This document shows positions 47,804 to 57,550 of a stretch of DNA of 64,000 bases, piece after piece (the first letter of the stretch is position 1; each line of letters opens with the position of its first letter). The stretch comes from Ostreococcus lucimarinus (taxonomy: Eukaryota). The stretch lies in assembly GCA_000092065.1 (NCBI GenBank), contig CP000589.1, one strand, 5' to 3'. A model generated the notes under the pieces. That model was not told the DNA's origin and searched no databases. It saw only the letters and a program-made list of their open reading frames with translations. The translations under genes and the position numbers were made by a program.

Positions 47804-49768
47804 TTAGACGGGCATCGGACGGAATTTCAGGGGCTTGGGCTCTTCGCCACCCATGCGCTCGAGGCGGTGGGCCTCGTACTCGTCGTACGAGCCTTCGAAA
47901 AAGACGACGTTGGAGTCGCCCTCGTAGGCCAAGATGTGGGTGGCGATCTTGTTCAGGAACCAGCGATCGTGAGAGATGCAGATTGTGGTGCCGTTCCAGC
48001 TTTGGATGGCGTCCTCGAGGCATCGAAGGGTGGCGACGTCCAAGTCGTTGGTGGGCTCGTCAAGGAGGAGGCAGTTGCCGCCGCTCGTGAGCGTGCGAGC
48101 GAGCTGTAAGCGGTTGCGCTCACCGCCGGACAAAGTGCCGACCTTCTTTTGTTGATCAGCACTTTTGAAGTTGTACCAGCTGCAATACGCACGCGCGTTC
48201 ACTTGGCGAGTGCCGAGACTGATTTCTTCGGCGCCGCCGCTCAAGGTGTCGAACACCGTCTTCTCCGGGTCGAGGCTATCGCGACTTTGATCGACATACA
48301 TGAGCTTCACGGTCTCGCCCACCGTGAGTTCACCGCCGTCGGGCTTCTCTTCGCCCGTGACCATTCTGAAAAGCGTCGTCTTACCGGCGCCGTTGCCGCC
48401 GACGATGCCGACCACGGACCCGGGCGGGATGATACAGTTCAAGTCATCGATCAGCAGACCGCGACCGTCGTAGCCCTTGCGCACGCCGTTAGCGGTAATG
48501 ACGACGTCACCAAGTCGCGGCGCGGCGGGGATGGTGATGGAGTCCAGATCTTGACGCGCTTGGAACTGCGCGGCGGCTTGGCAGAGCTCTTCGTATTGTC
48601 GAAGTCTCGCCTTACCTTTTTTAACCTGACCCTTTGCGTTCGAACGCACCCACTCGAGCTCTTGCTCGATTTGACGATCGAGTGAGCTCTTCTTCTTGTT
48701 CTCAGCCTCTAGACGCTTGCTCTTACTCTCCAGCCACGTGGAATAGTTGCCTTCGAACGGGATACCCTCCCCGCGATCGAGCTCTAAAATCCAACCGGCG
48801 ACGTTGTCCAAGAAATAGCGGTCGTGCGTGATGGCGACGACGGTGCCCTTGAACGTCGCCAAGAACTGTTCGAGCCACGCGACGGATTGCGCGTCCAAGT
48901 GGTTCGTGGGTTCGTCCAGAAGCAAGATGTCGGGTTGCGAAAGTAACAACCGGCAAATGGCAACGCGTCTGCGCTCCCCTCCGGAAAGGTTTTTCACCAA
49001 AGCATCGCCTGGTGGGCAGCGAAGGGCGTCCATGGCGCGCGACACCGTGCGCTCGAGCTCCCACGCGTTGGACGCGTCGAGCTTATTCTGTAACTGGTCC
49101 ATGCGCTTCATGAGCGCGTCCACGTCGGCGTCCGGCGCCGTCATATCCACCGCGATTTGATTGTACTCATCCAAATCCGCCTGCACCGCCTTCACCCCGA
49201 CGGCGATGTTCTCAGCCACCGTTTCGCCGTCGTCCAAATCCGGCTCCTGCGCCAAGTACCCAATCTTTATCCCGGGCTCGAGATACACGTCGCCGTCGAA
49301 CGCCGTATCCGCCCCCGCCAAAATTTTCATGAGCGTTGATTTCCCCGCCCCGTTCGCCCCCAAGATCCCGATCTTCGCCCCGAGGTACATTCCAAGGTTT
49401 ATATTTTTTATCAGCTCCTTTCCGTTCGGCGTCACCTTGCGCACTTTGGACATGCTCAGGATTATCTTTCGCGTCTCCGTCTGGTACGCGCTCCCCTCCT
49501 TCACCTCCCCCGGGCTCTTGTACTTCCCCCCCGCCGGCTTCGCGCCCGCGCCGCCGCCTCCCGGCGCCGGTTTCGCGCTCGCGCCGCCCTTTCGCGCGCT
49601 CTTCTTCCCCGCCCGCGTCACCGTCGACGCCGCGCGCGCGCTCGCGCGCGCGCGGTGTCGACAACCCTCGAGCGCGCCGCCGCCCGTCGCGAACGCCGCG
49701 CGTCGCGACGCGCACCGCGCGCCTCGCGCCGTCGCGCGCGGCATCGTCGTCGTCGTCGTCGTCGCCAT
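47804..49768 (-). CDS. ABC-F family ATPase of the bacterial EttA/Uup type, with an N-terminal presequence-like extension. It is probably organellar.
   Basis: It has two ABC domains without TM domains. The N-terminus of the first domain is KIILSMSKVRKVTPNGKELIKNINLGMYLGAKIGILGANGAGKST (EttA-like). The signature motifs LSGGERRRV and LSGGERNRL are present. The ORF-track start at 49828 is a GTG, and the first ATG is at 49768. Confidence 0.85.
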   Translation of the reverse strand: MATTTTTTMPRATARGARCASRRAAFATGGGALEGCRHRARASARAASTVTRAGKKSARKGGASAKPAPGGGGAGAKPAGGKYKSPGEVKEGSAYQTETRKIILSMSKVRKVTPNGKELIKNINLGMYLGAKIGILGANGAGKSTLMKILAGADTAFDGDVYLEPGIKIGYLAQEPDLDDGETVAENIAVGVKAVQADLDEYNQIAVDMTAPDADVDALMKRMDQLQNKLDASNAWELERTVSRAMDALRCPPGDALVKNLSGGERRRVAICRLLLSQPDILLLDEPTNHLDAQSVAWLEQFLATFKGTVVAITHDRYFLDNVAGWILELDRGEGIPFEGNYSTWLESKSKRLEAENKKKSSLDRQIEQELEWVRSNAKGQVKKGKARLRQYEELCQAAAQFQARQDLDSITIPAAPRLGDVVITANGVRKGYDGRGLLIDDLNCIIPPGSVVGIVGGNGAGKTTLFRMVTGEEKPDGGELTVGETVKLMYVDQSRDSLDPEKTVFDTLSGGAEEISLGTRQVNARAYCSWYNFKSADQQKKVGTLSGGERNRLQLARTLTSGGNCLLLDEPTNDLDVATLRCLEDAIQSWNGTTICISHDRWFLNKIATHILAYEGDSNVVFFEGSYDEYEAHRLERMGGEEPKPLKFRPMPV

Positions 49769-49896
49769 CGCTCGCGCGCGCGTCGGTCGCGCGCGGTCGA
49801 CGCGCGTCGCGACGATCAGTGTCGTCACTGCGACGCGACGCGTCGACGCGCGTCGTCGCGCGCGCGGCGCGATCGCGACGCGCGAGTCGCGCGCGC

Positions 49897-51549
49897 ATGT
49901 CGATCGCGCGTCATCGCGCGAGCGACGACGACGACGACGACGACGCGGAGGACGCGCGCGCGACGCGCGAGGACGCCGCGGCGGATGACGATGGGCGCGA
50001 GACGGCGACGGCGATCGCGCGGCGCGACGACGCGACGACGCGATGGTCCGCGGTGACGATCGCGTGCGCGTGCGCGGCGATCGGAACGGTGCTCGCGGTG
50101 GCGAGCGCGACGACGGGGGGGGTGGAGAGCGTGATGAGGGAGGGGTACGCGCGCGCGCGGGTGGCGAATTTGGCGAGCGAAGCGCCGAGACGGTACGGAC
50201 GCGTCGATGGCGCGTTGGAGCGCGAGTCGGGAGCGATGGGAGCGCGAGCGATGGATGTTAAATCGGCGATGAAGTCGGTGTCGGCGTCGCCGCCGACGTG
50301 GTCGCCGCCGAAGCCGAAGCCGAAGCCGAAGCCGAAGCCGAAGCCGAAGCCGAAGCCGAAGCCGAAGCCGCCGTCGCCGTCGCCGCCGTCGCCGTCGCCG
50401 CCGCCACCGCCGAAGCCGACGACGGCGATCGAGCCGATCATCGATCCGAAGTGCGACGAATGGACGGCAAAGCTCGCGGCCGCGGCGTCGGCTCCAGAGT
50501 TTGAGTATGATTTTCCCGCGTACACGTGCTCGAACGAGCACGAGGCGCCGTGCATTCAGGATTTTCAATTCATGAAGCTGCAGCCGGACGCGTGCGATGT
50601 GTTGAAGAGGGACGAGGACTGGCCGGGGAGGTTCATGCAGCGAGCGCCGGGCGTCAAAAATGGAGGCGATCTCGTGCGCGCGCTGGGCGCTGATAATACG
50701 ATCGTTGTCATCGGGGCTTCGATGACCAAACAAATAGAAATCGCTATGGACTGCAGCATTCGGCGCGCGGGCGTCGACAAGTCTCAATCTGCGAAAATCA
50801 TGAAGCGATGGGGGTGGGCGAGATGGTCGTTCGATAGTCAAACGTGTGAACTGGATCACATGGTGGCGGCTCGGACGGGGGGTGACATTAACTATTGGTT
50901 CTCGGCGAAGGAGTACGTCGACGGATGTTGGAAGGATACGAAGGCGTTCGACATCAATGTGCTCGGTTGCGAAGGCGCCATTGACGACTGTGACGCGTCC
51001 TCACGCGTCGTCGTACTGATGTACAACATCGAGCATTACGGGGGACTCGGTAACGTGGAATTTTTCGAAAAAGAGACCGAGTTTCTCGTGAAGCGAGCCG
51101 TATCGTTGGGCGCCAAGGTGGTTCTCGCCACGAGCCCGCCTAAGCACTTCAGCGCCGATGGCGCGTATAGTAAAGAGGCATACATAACGAAAATCAAGAG
51201 TGAAACAGTGTGCACGTGTACACCAACGGTCGAGTCGATAGACAAAAACCCGGCGTGGCGCGGCTATTTCGAAGCCATCGAACGTCTGTCGCGAATACCG
51301 GGCGTTCTCGGCGTCATCGATATTTTACGGTCGTCCATGAAAGAATTCTACCGTAGTCACAAAGGCGGTCACTGCGGGTATTATGTGGACGAAGTTCCGG
51401 GCGAGAATTCGCAAAAGCCCAAGCGCGAGGTGAAGTATAAAGCGTGCTGCGATTGCACGCACTACTGCTTCGATCCAGCGCTCTGGGACCAATACTTCCT
51501 CGATCCTCTCGTCGACATTTTAGACCGCGGGACATCGCCCGCGAGTTAG
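49897..51549 (+). CDS. Type-II membrane protein with a Pro-Lys/Pro-Ser repeat stalk and a PC-esterase (TBL/PMR5/Cas1-like) domain. It is a putative polysaccharide O-acetyltransferase or esterase.
   Basis: A signal anchor (WSAVTIACACAAIGTVLAVASA) is followed by a (PK)10 and PS-rich stalk. A Cys-rich PMR5N-like region then leads to the IGAS(M) block (GDS-like). The C-terminus has the DCTHYCFDPALWDQY motif (compare DCxHWCLPGxxDxWN in TBL proteins). An ATG at 49897 lies within ORF 49336..51549. Confidence 0.65.
   Translation: MSIARHRASDDDDDDDAEDARATREDAAADDDGRETATAIARRDDATTRWSAVTIACACAAIGTVLAVASATTGGVESVMREGYARARVANLASEAPRRYGRVDGALERESGAMGARAMDVKSAMKSVSASPPTWSPPKPKPKPKPKPKPKPKPKPKPPSPSPPSPSPPPPPKPTTAIEPIIDPKCDEWTAKLAAAASAPEFEYDFPAYTCSNEHEAPCIQDFQFMKLQPDACDVLKRDEDWPGRFMQRAPGVKNGGDLVRALGADNTIVVIGASMTKQIEIAMDCSIRRAGVDKSQSAKIMKRWGWARWSFDSQTCELDHMVAARTGGDINYWFSAKEYVDGCWKDTKAFDINVLGCEGAIDDCDASSRVVVLMYNIEHYGGLGNVEFFEKETEFLVKRAVSLGAKVVLATSPPKHFSADGAYSKEAYITKIKSETVCTCTPTVESIDKNPAWRGYFEAIERLSRIPGVLGVIDILRSSMKEFYRSHKGGHCGYYVDEVPGENSQKPKREVKYKACCDCTHYCFDPALWDQYFLDPLVDILDRGTSPAS
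50307..50412 (+). repeat. Perfect (CCGAAG)10 hexanucleotide microsatellite followed by a GCCGTC-type repeat. Together they encode the (PK)10 and PSPSPPSPSPPPPP stalk.
   Basis: Direct reading of the sequence. The opposite strand encodes (GF)n. Confidence 0.85.
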
Positions 51550-51679
51550 ATTCACGCAGCTATTTCCCTCGCGCGCGCGCGCGCGCGCGTTGTAACGCAT
51601 CCAATCCGCGCCCGCTCGCCGCCGCCTCGCTCGCCCAACCGCTCGCCCAACCGCTCGACGCCGCACACGTCGGCGCGCC

Positions 51680-53647
51680 ATGGCGCCCGCGCGTCGTCGC
51701 CCCGCGGTGCGCGCGCCGTCCAAGCGCGCGTCCTCTGCCTCGCGCGCGGGCGCGCGAGACGCCTCGCGCGCGTCGCCATCGCCGTCGACGACCGCGTGGA
51801 CCGTCCTGTCGAGACTCTTCGCAACGACGTTTTCACGCCGCGCCGCGCGCCGCGAGGACGTCGAGCGACGACGAACTCGCGCGCGCGCGCTCGCCGTCGC
51901 GTGTGTCGCGTGCGCAGCGACGTACCTGCGAGAGGTGTACGTCCCGGCGGCGGTGCGGGACACGTTCGTGGACTCGCTGCCGGATTGGGTGAACGACACG
52001 GTGCTCGCGCGATTGCCGGCGTTGGAGTTGCAGCCCGAAACGAGGTCTCGCGAGCGTGGACCGGGCGTCGAACTCCGCGAACGAGGTCTGACGCCGAAAC
52101 ACCCGGTCGTCATCGTGCCGGGATTCGTGAGCACGGGATTGGAACTGTGGCGAGGAAAGGCGTGCGGCGCACATTTTTTTCGACGGCGAATGTGGGGAAC
52201 GCCCGCGATGGCGCGCGCGTTCTTCAGTAATCAAAAGTGTTGGATGGAACACATGCGACTCGATGGACGCACAGGATCTGATCCGGAATCCGTTCGGCTG
52301 CGCGCCGTCCGAGGGCTCGAAGGCGTTGATTGGTTTCTGCCTGGTTATTTCGTATGGGGTAAGGTGATAGAAGAGCTCTCGGAGTTGGGATACGATTCAA
52401 ACACACTTCACAGCGCGGCGTACGATTGGCGTCTGAGTCCCACGATGTTAGAGCGTCGGGATGGGTATTTCACTCGGCTCAAGAGCGTTATAGAGACGCT
52501 ATACTCGGTGCACGGAGAGCGCGTTGCCTTGCTCGCGCACTCGTACGGCGATACGATTTCTAGATACTTCTTTGAATGGGTCGAGACACCTGTGGCGAAA
52601 GGCGGTGGCGGTGGAGGGAAGCGGTGGGTGGACAAACACGTCCACGCGTACGTAGACATAGCGGGCCCCATGTTGGGTATTCCGAAGACGATTCCGAGCT
52701 TGTTGAGTGGAGAAATGCGAGACACGGCTATTCTCGGGGAGCTCGAGGGAATGCTCGGCGGACTTCTAGAGACTGCTGTCGGGCGCTTGATTGGCACACA
52801 GATTAAAGAGGTTTGTGACACCTTTCGCACGTGGGGTGCGCTGTGGGCCATGCTCCCTCGCGGCGGCGCGGCGGTGTGGGGGGACGATGACGCCGGCGCG
52901 CCCGAGAGCGGCGCGCTGAATTTCTTCCTGCAAATGCGCGCCGCAGGCACGTCGCGCGAAACCAGCTTCAATCACACCGTGGATAGCGCTCTTGGATTCC
53001 TCTTCGAGCAACTCGCCGATTCGGTGCCGCACAACGTGGCCGAGTTTAGCTCGACCATCGATCGAGCGTCGCGAGAGCGACTGAAGACGCGCGTGCCGGA
53101 CTTGGAGGCGAAAACGGCGCCGAACTTCGGCGACCCTTTGCGAAGTGCTCTGCCGAGGGCGCCGAACATGAAGATTTTCTGCCTGTATGGTGCGGGAAAG
53201 CCGACGGAACGCGCGTACGTATACGAGCGATTCGACGCCGACGCGCTTCGCCCCTACCAGCTCGACGTCCAGTCGCGAGATGCCGCTCTCACGCACGGCG
53301 TCTGGCAGGTCGACGGCGACGGCTCCATCCCCCTTGCCTCCCTCGGCTACGTCTGCCGCGAATGGCGCGTCAATCGCGCCCTCAATCCCGCCAACGTCTC
53401 CGTCGTCACTCGCGAGTACGCCCACCGCCCGCTCCCGCTCTCCGTCGGCGGCTTCCAGGGCAAATCCGAGGGCGATCACGTCAACATCATGGGCAACGAG
53501 GACATGATTCGCGACCTCCTCACCATCGTCGCCGGTCGCGCGCACGCCGTCCCCCCCCGCGTCGTCAGCGACGTCGACGCGCTCGCCGCGACGATTCGCG
53601 CCCGCCTCGCCGCCGCCGCCCCCCTCCCGTCTCCCCAATCCTTCTGA
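51680..53647 (+). CDS. PDAT: Phospholipid:diacylglycerol acyltransferase (PDAT, LCAT family).
   Basis: An N-terminal TM segment is followed by VVIVPGFVSTGLELW, FSNQKCWMEHMRLD and the lipase motif AHSYGD, with conserved C-terminal PDAT blocks. Confidence 0.8.
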   Translation: MAPARRRPAVRAPSKRASSASRAGARDASRASPSPSTTAWTVLSRLFATTFSRRAARREDVERRRTRARALAVACVACAATYLREVYVPAAVRDTFVDSLPDWVNDTVLARLPALELQPETRSRERGPGVELRERGLTPKHPVVIVPGFVSTGLELWRGKACGAHFFRRRMWGTPAMARAFFSNQKCWMEHMRLDGRTGSDPESVRLRAVRGLEGVDWFLPGYFVWGKVIEELSELGYDSNTLHSAAYDWRLSPTMLERRDGYFTRLKSVIETLYSVHGERVALLAHSYGDTISRYFFEWVETPVAKGGGGGGKRWVDKHVHAYVDIAGPMLGIPKTIPSLLSGEMRDTAILGELEGMLGGLLETAVGRLIGTQIKEVCDTFRTWGALWAMLPRGGAAVWGDDDAGAPESGALNFFLQMRAAGTSRETSFNHTVDSALGFLFEQLADSVPHNVAEFSSTIDRASRERLKTRVPDLEAKTAPNFGDPLRSALPRAPNMKIFCLYGAGKPTERAYVYERFDADALRPYQLDVQSRDAALTHGVWQVDGDGSIPLASLGYVCREWRVNRALNPANVSVVTREYAHRPLPLSVGGFQGKSEGDHVNIMGNEDMIRDLLTIVAGRAHAVPPRVVSDVDALAATIRARLAAAAPLPSPQSF

Positions 53648-54117
53648 CCGCGCCTTCGCTTCGTTTCCGACGCTTTAGCCACGCGCAGAATATATTTTCG
53701 CCGCGCGCCCGCGCCTCGTTCGCGCTTTCGGTCGTCGTCGTCGCTTCGCGCGTTCGCCTTCGCGTCGCGCTCGCCTTCGCGTCGCCGCGCCTCTATGCGC
53801 AAACAGTCACGACCGAACGACTTTCGCGCGCGCGACCGCGATCCATCGCCCGATCGCGTTCGATCGCGGTCGCCACTCGCGCGCGCGAGATTCGTCGCGC
53901 ACGAACGCCGCGAACGCTCGCCTCGCGAGGGCGCGCGGCGGTAAAAGTCGCGCGCGCCGATCGCGACGCGCGCGCTCGACGGCGACCGCGCGACGGAGTC
54001 GACGACGCGCGCGACGCATCGTTCGAACGGTCGAAGGATTCGAAGGAATCGCGGCGGCGCGCGAAACCGAAGCGCGAGGGCGCGAGGCGGCGAGGAGACG
54101 ACGCGAGCGCGCTGGGA

Positions 54118-55200
54118 ATGACCTCGCGGGGATTGCCGATGGACGTGAGCCTGCGATTCCTGTCGGACGAGGACGATGGACAGCGCGGGGGGGGCGGGAA
54201 GCCGTACGCGCGGCGAGGCGGGAAGAAGGCGAGCGGAAGCGCGAACGGGAAAGGGAGCGGTGGATCGAGGGGAACGACGTCGGAGGCGAATGTGAAGCGG
54301 AGCGAGAAGTACGGGGCACCGAAACCGCGGAAACCGCGCACGTTACGGCTGGATGTGGACGAAGATCGAGTGGAGGAGTATTGCGTCGCGTTGCGCGAGC
54401 ACCAGGAGTTGACGCGCGTGTACGACTATCACGCGAAGATTGTGGATAAATGCGACGAGTCGCAACTTCTGGCGTTCATGGCGCGCGTGTTGAAGTCTGT
54501 CATCGATAACATTGTCGAGGAGAACACCGCGCACGGACAGTACTTGGCGAAGGCGACGTTGAGATGCGACGTCGGCGCGTTGCACATTCTCGACGCGTTT
54601 TGCGTGACTCTCTACAAAAAGGCGGAGGAGTATAACAAGTATTCCCCGGATTTGCTCTTGCTCGAATCCGTGATGAGTGATTCGCGTCAAGACCCAGACG
54701 CTGCCGTCGATATGAACCTTCTCGCCATAGAATTCGGCTTCAACGCCAGATTGTGCGATTGCTTGAACAAAGTCATCGAAGAGACGGCGGAGAAGAAGGG
54801 GCTGACGGAGGCGGACAAGAAGCGCTTGCAACGACGATGGCGACTTTGGTTGAAGAACAAAAGCTTTGACGACTGCCGACCCAATCCATTCAATCATGCG
54901 CAGTTATCCACGTACGTCGAGCCGCCGTACACGATCAACTACCAGCTGCATACCAACGAGAGCGCGGTGTTCGCGGTTCTGACGTCGGACCAGATCAACC
55001 CCTTCGCGATGCAGTGCAAAACGCTCGGCGAGGCGCCGAAGAACGCTCCCGAAGAGATCGAAATCTACGACAGTAAAACCAAGAAGGGAAAAACGTTTCA
55101 GGAAATTGTCGACATATTGCAGAAGATCGTCAAGAGCCCTCGAGCGACGCAAGGCGCCCAAAAGGCCAAGGACGAAAACATCTTTCGCTACCAACGCTAA
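54118..55200 (+). CDS. Hypothetical protein with a basic N-terminal region and a conserved-looking helical C-terminal region.
   Basis: An ATG at 54118 (MTSRGLPMDV...) lies within ORF 53362..55200. The upstream part of that ORF overlaps PDAT in another frame. Codon usage is mixed, as expected for real coding sequence. Confidence 0.4.
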   Translation: MTSRGLPMDVSLRFLSDEDDGQRGGGGKPYARRGGKKASGSANGKGSGGSRGTTSEANVKRSEKYGAPKPRKPRTLRLDVDEDRVEEYCVALREHQELTRVYDYHAKIVDKCDESQLLAFMARVLKSVIDNIVEENTAHGQYLAKATLRCDVGALHILDAFCVTLYKKAEEYNKYSPDLLLLESVMSDSRQDPDAAVDMNLLAIEFGFNARLCDCLNKVIEETAEKKGLTEADKKRLQRRWRLWLKNKSFDDCRPNPFNHAQLSTYVEPPYTINYQLHTNESAVFAVLTSDQINPFAMQCKTLGEAPKNAPEEIEIYDSKTKKGKTFQEIVDILQKIVKSPRATQGAQKAKDENIFRYQR

Positions 55201-55481
55201 ACGTTGAACTATATTTTTTGAACTATAATTTCGAAGAGGCTTCTTCGAAATCGTCGTCCGACACTTCGCCTTTCGTTTCCGCGGTAGACTGTTGACACAC
55301 TCATTAGTGACGTACCATCGTCCAGTATAATAATTACCGACCACTGTTGTGCCTTTCTTCGCTTCGCCGCGTCTTCGCGCCTCGCGTCTCCTCGTCGCCG
55401 ACGCCATCCACCGCCGACTCGCCTCTCGCCTCAGTTCACCGCGCGCTCGCGAGCGCCGCGCCTCGAGCGAGTGCGGTCACC

Positions 55482-56495
55482 ATGCTCACCGCGCGCTGCG
55501 TCATCGCGCTCCCCGCGCGCCGCGCGTCGCGCGCTGCGTCCCGTCGAGCGCGCGCGCCGTCGACGTCGACGTCAGCCATATCTCCCGGTCGCGCTCTATC
55601 CGCGTCCTACGACGCCGCGGACGCGATCGACCCGATGTCGAGCTACGATGGCGCGTCCTGCGTCGTCACCGACTCCATCGACGCCGACGAGATCGACCGC
55701 ACGCGCGTGGGGGAGACGCTGAGGGAACAAATCGCAAACATGGGAGGGGAGCAGCTGATGGACCCGCGAGACTTCGTGTCCACGGACGCGCAGCGACGAC
55801 AGTGCGCGGTGTTGTTCGCGTCGTGCGCGGCGTTAGTCGGGAAGGGGATGTATGAGTTCGGATGCGATGGATTCACGGCGATGGAGGCGATGATGGCTGT
55901 CGGAACGATCGGGTTGGCGTACTGGACGAGCGACCTGGGCACGGGGATATTTCACTGGAGCGTGGATAACTACGGGAGTAAGGCGACACCGTTGCTCGGT
56001 GGGGTGATTGATGCGTTTCAAGGGCACCACAAATACCCGTGGACGATCACGAAGCGGCAGTGGGCGAATAATGTGCACACCACGTGCGTGGCGCCGCTCG
56101 TGTTCACCACGCCGACGCTGTTGCTCAACGATCGGGCGACGGATTTGATATTCGTCGGCGTTTTCACGTCTTTGATCGTACTTAGTCAACAGTTCCACGC
56201 CTGGAGTCACATGAAAAAGAGCGAGTTGCCGCCGCTGGTGCTCAAGGCGCAAGATATGGGGCTTTTGGTCGGACGTCGCGACCATGGGCAGCACCACAAG
56301 TCGCCGTTTGAGGGTCACTATTGCATAGTCAGTGGGTACTGGAATCCGATTCTGGACGGCAGCGGGTTTTTTCGCGCGCTCGAACAAGCCGTGTTCAAGG
56401 CCACGGGCACGGCTCCGCGCTGCTGGTCGGATGACGTCGAGTTCATCGTGCAGGAAAGCGCCCCCGAAGGCTGGGGGCGAGGCGTGCTCAAGTGA
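55482..56495 (+). CDS. FAD4: FAD4-like / TMEM189 (CarF, Kua-domain) membrane fatty-acid desaturase.
   Basis: Three His motifs are present (FQGHHKYPW, HAWSH and HGQHH) within a TMEM189/Kua fold, preceded by a presequence-like N-terminus. The ORF-track start at 55347 is a TTG. The first ATG is at 55482. Confidence 0.7.
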   Translation: MLTARCVIALPARRASRAASRRARAPSTSTSAISPGRALSASYDAADAIDPMSSYDGASCVVTDSIDADEIDRTRVGETLREQIANMGGEQLMDPRDFVSTDAQRRQCAVLFASCAALVGKGMYEFGCDGFTAMEAMMAVGTIGLAYWTSDLGTGIFHWSVDNYGSKATPLLGGVIDAFQGHHKYPWTITKRQWANNVHTTCVAPLVFTTPTLLLNDRATDLIFVGVFTSLIVLSQQFHAWSHMKKSELPPLVLKAQDMGLLVGRRDHGQHHKSPFEGHYCIVSGYWNPILDGSGFFRALEQAVFKATGTAPRCWSDDVEFIVQESAPEGWGRGVLK

Positions 56496-56639
56496 GCTCG
56501 TGAGTTGTATGAATTAAATTGCATTTTTCTATCGCGTACAGCTGCCCCTATTGGGCTGTTTGCGGTTGTAGTCGTTGATACATTTTCGCTTGTAAAAAGC
56601 ACTCTCTGATGATACATGTCGTCCTCGGCGTCGGCGAAA

Positions 56640-57464
56640 TCACGCTCGTCGCAACGCCAACATCTCGTCGACGACGTCGACGCAATCAATGTGACGATTC
56701 ACCAACGCGATGTCGCGCGGCGAGACAGGCGCATTATTCGCACCGAGCGAGTGATCCGTGTGCAAACGATCGGCCTCCCACTGCCCCACTTCGACGCTCG
56801 CGCCGAGTCGAAGCAGCGTTCGAGCCGCGGCGGCTTCCCCCCACTCGCACGCAGAAAACAATGCCGTCTTTCCGTTGTAATACCTCGCATCGATATCCGC
56901 CCCACCGCGCACGAGTAATTCCACCGAAGCGCAATCTCCGCGCTTCGCCACGGCGTGCAACGGCTTCCATCCTTGATGATGGTTTCGACAGTTGGCGTCC
57001 GCGCCCCCTCGCAACAACAAGCCCACGCACGACGCCCGCGCGTCGTCCTCGACGCCATCCGCGCACGACGCCGACAACAACACGTCGTCCACGTCCATAT
57101 CGTGCGCCATGAGCACCCGCACGCACTCGCACTCCGCCCTCGCCGCCGCCGCGCGTCCCGCTCGCCCGAGCGTCTCCGCCCAGTCGCCCGCGCTCGCCCC
57201 TCCCTCGCGCTTCTCTAGCATTTTCTCCAGCTCGCGATGCCGTCCGCGGCTCGCGCACAACGCGAGCGCGGCGCCGACGTCGGCGTGCGGGAACGACACG
57301 AGGACTTCCAGGGCGTCCCAGTTCTCGTGCAGGGCTACCTGTTGCAAGTCGGCAAACCAACGCTTCAAACGAGGGTCGTTGCGCCGCGCGAACGAGGACG
57401 CGACGCTCAGCGCGGTGGCGGGAACTTGCTGCGCGTGCGCGGCGCGCGCGACGGGGTGAGCCAT
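56640..57464 (-). CDS. Ankyrin-repeat protein.
   Basis: It has four to five ANK repeats (GWKPLHAVAKRGDCASVELLVRGGADIDARYYNGKTALFSA...). An ATG at 57464 lies within ORF 56640..57626. Confidence 0.6.
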   Translation of the reverse strand: MAHPVARAAHAQQVPATALSVASSFARRNDPRLKRWFADLQQVALHENWDALEVLVSFPHADVGAALALCASRGRHRELEKMLEKREGGASAGDWAETLGRAGRAAAARAECECVRVLMAHDMDVDDVLLSASCADGVEDDARASCVGLLLRGGADANCRNHHQGWKPLHAVAKRGDCASVELLVRGGADIDARYYNGKTALFSACEWGEAAAARTLLRLGASVEVGQWEADRLHTDHSLGANNAPVSPRDIALVNRHIDCVDVVDEMLALRRA

Positions 57465-57550
57465 CGCGTCGCGCGCCGCTCGACGACGCCGCGCAGTGGG
57501 GGGGACGGCGGTTTCGGCGGAGACTTGCTTATTAAAAGCCGAGTAGAGTA

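Noticed and set aside
49911-50555. The (GF)n Gly-Phe repeat ORF on the minus strand.
   Set aside because: It is the reverse-complement reading of the (CCGAAG)n Pro-Lys coding microsatellite of the plus-strand PC-esterase gene.
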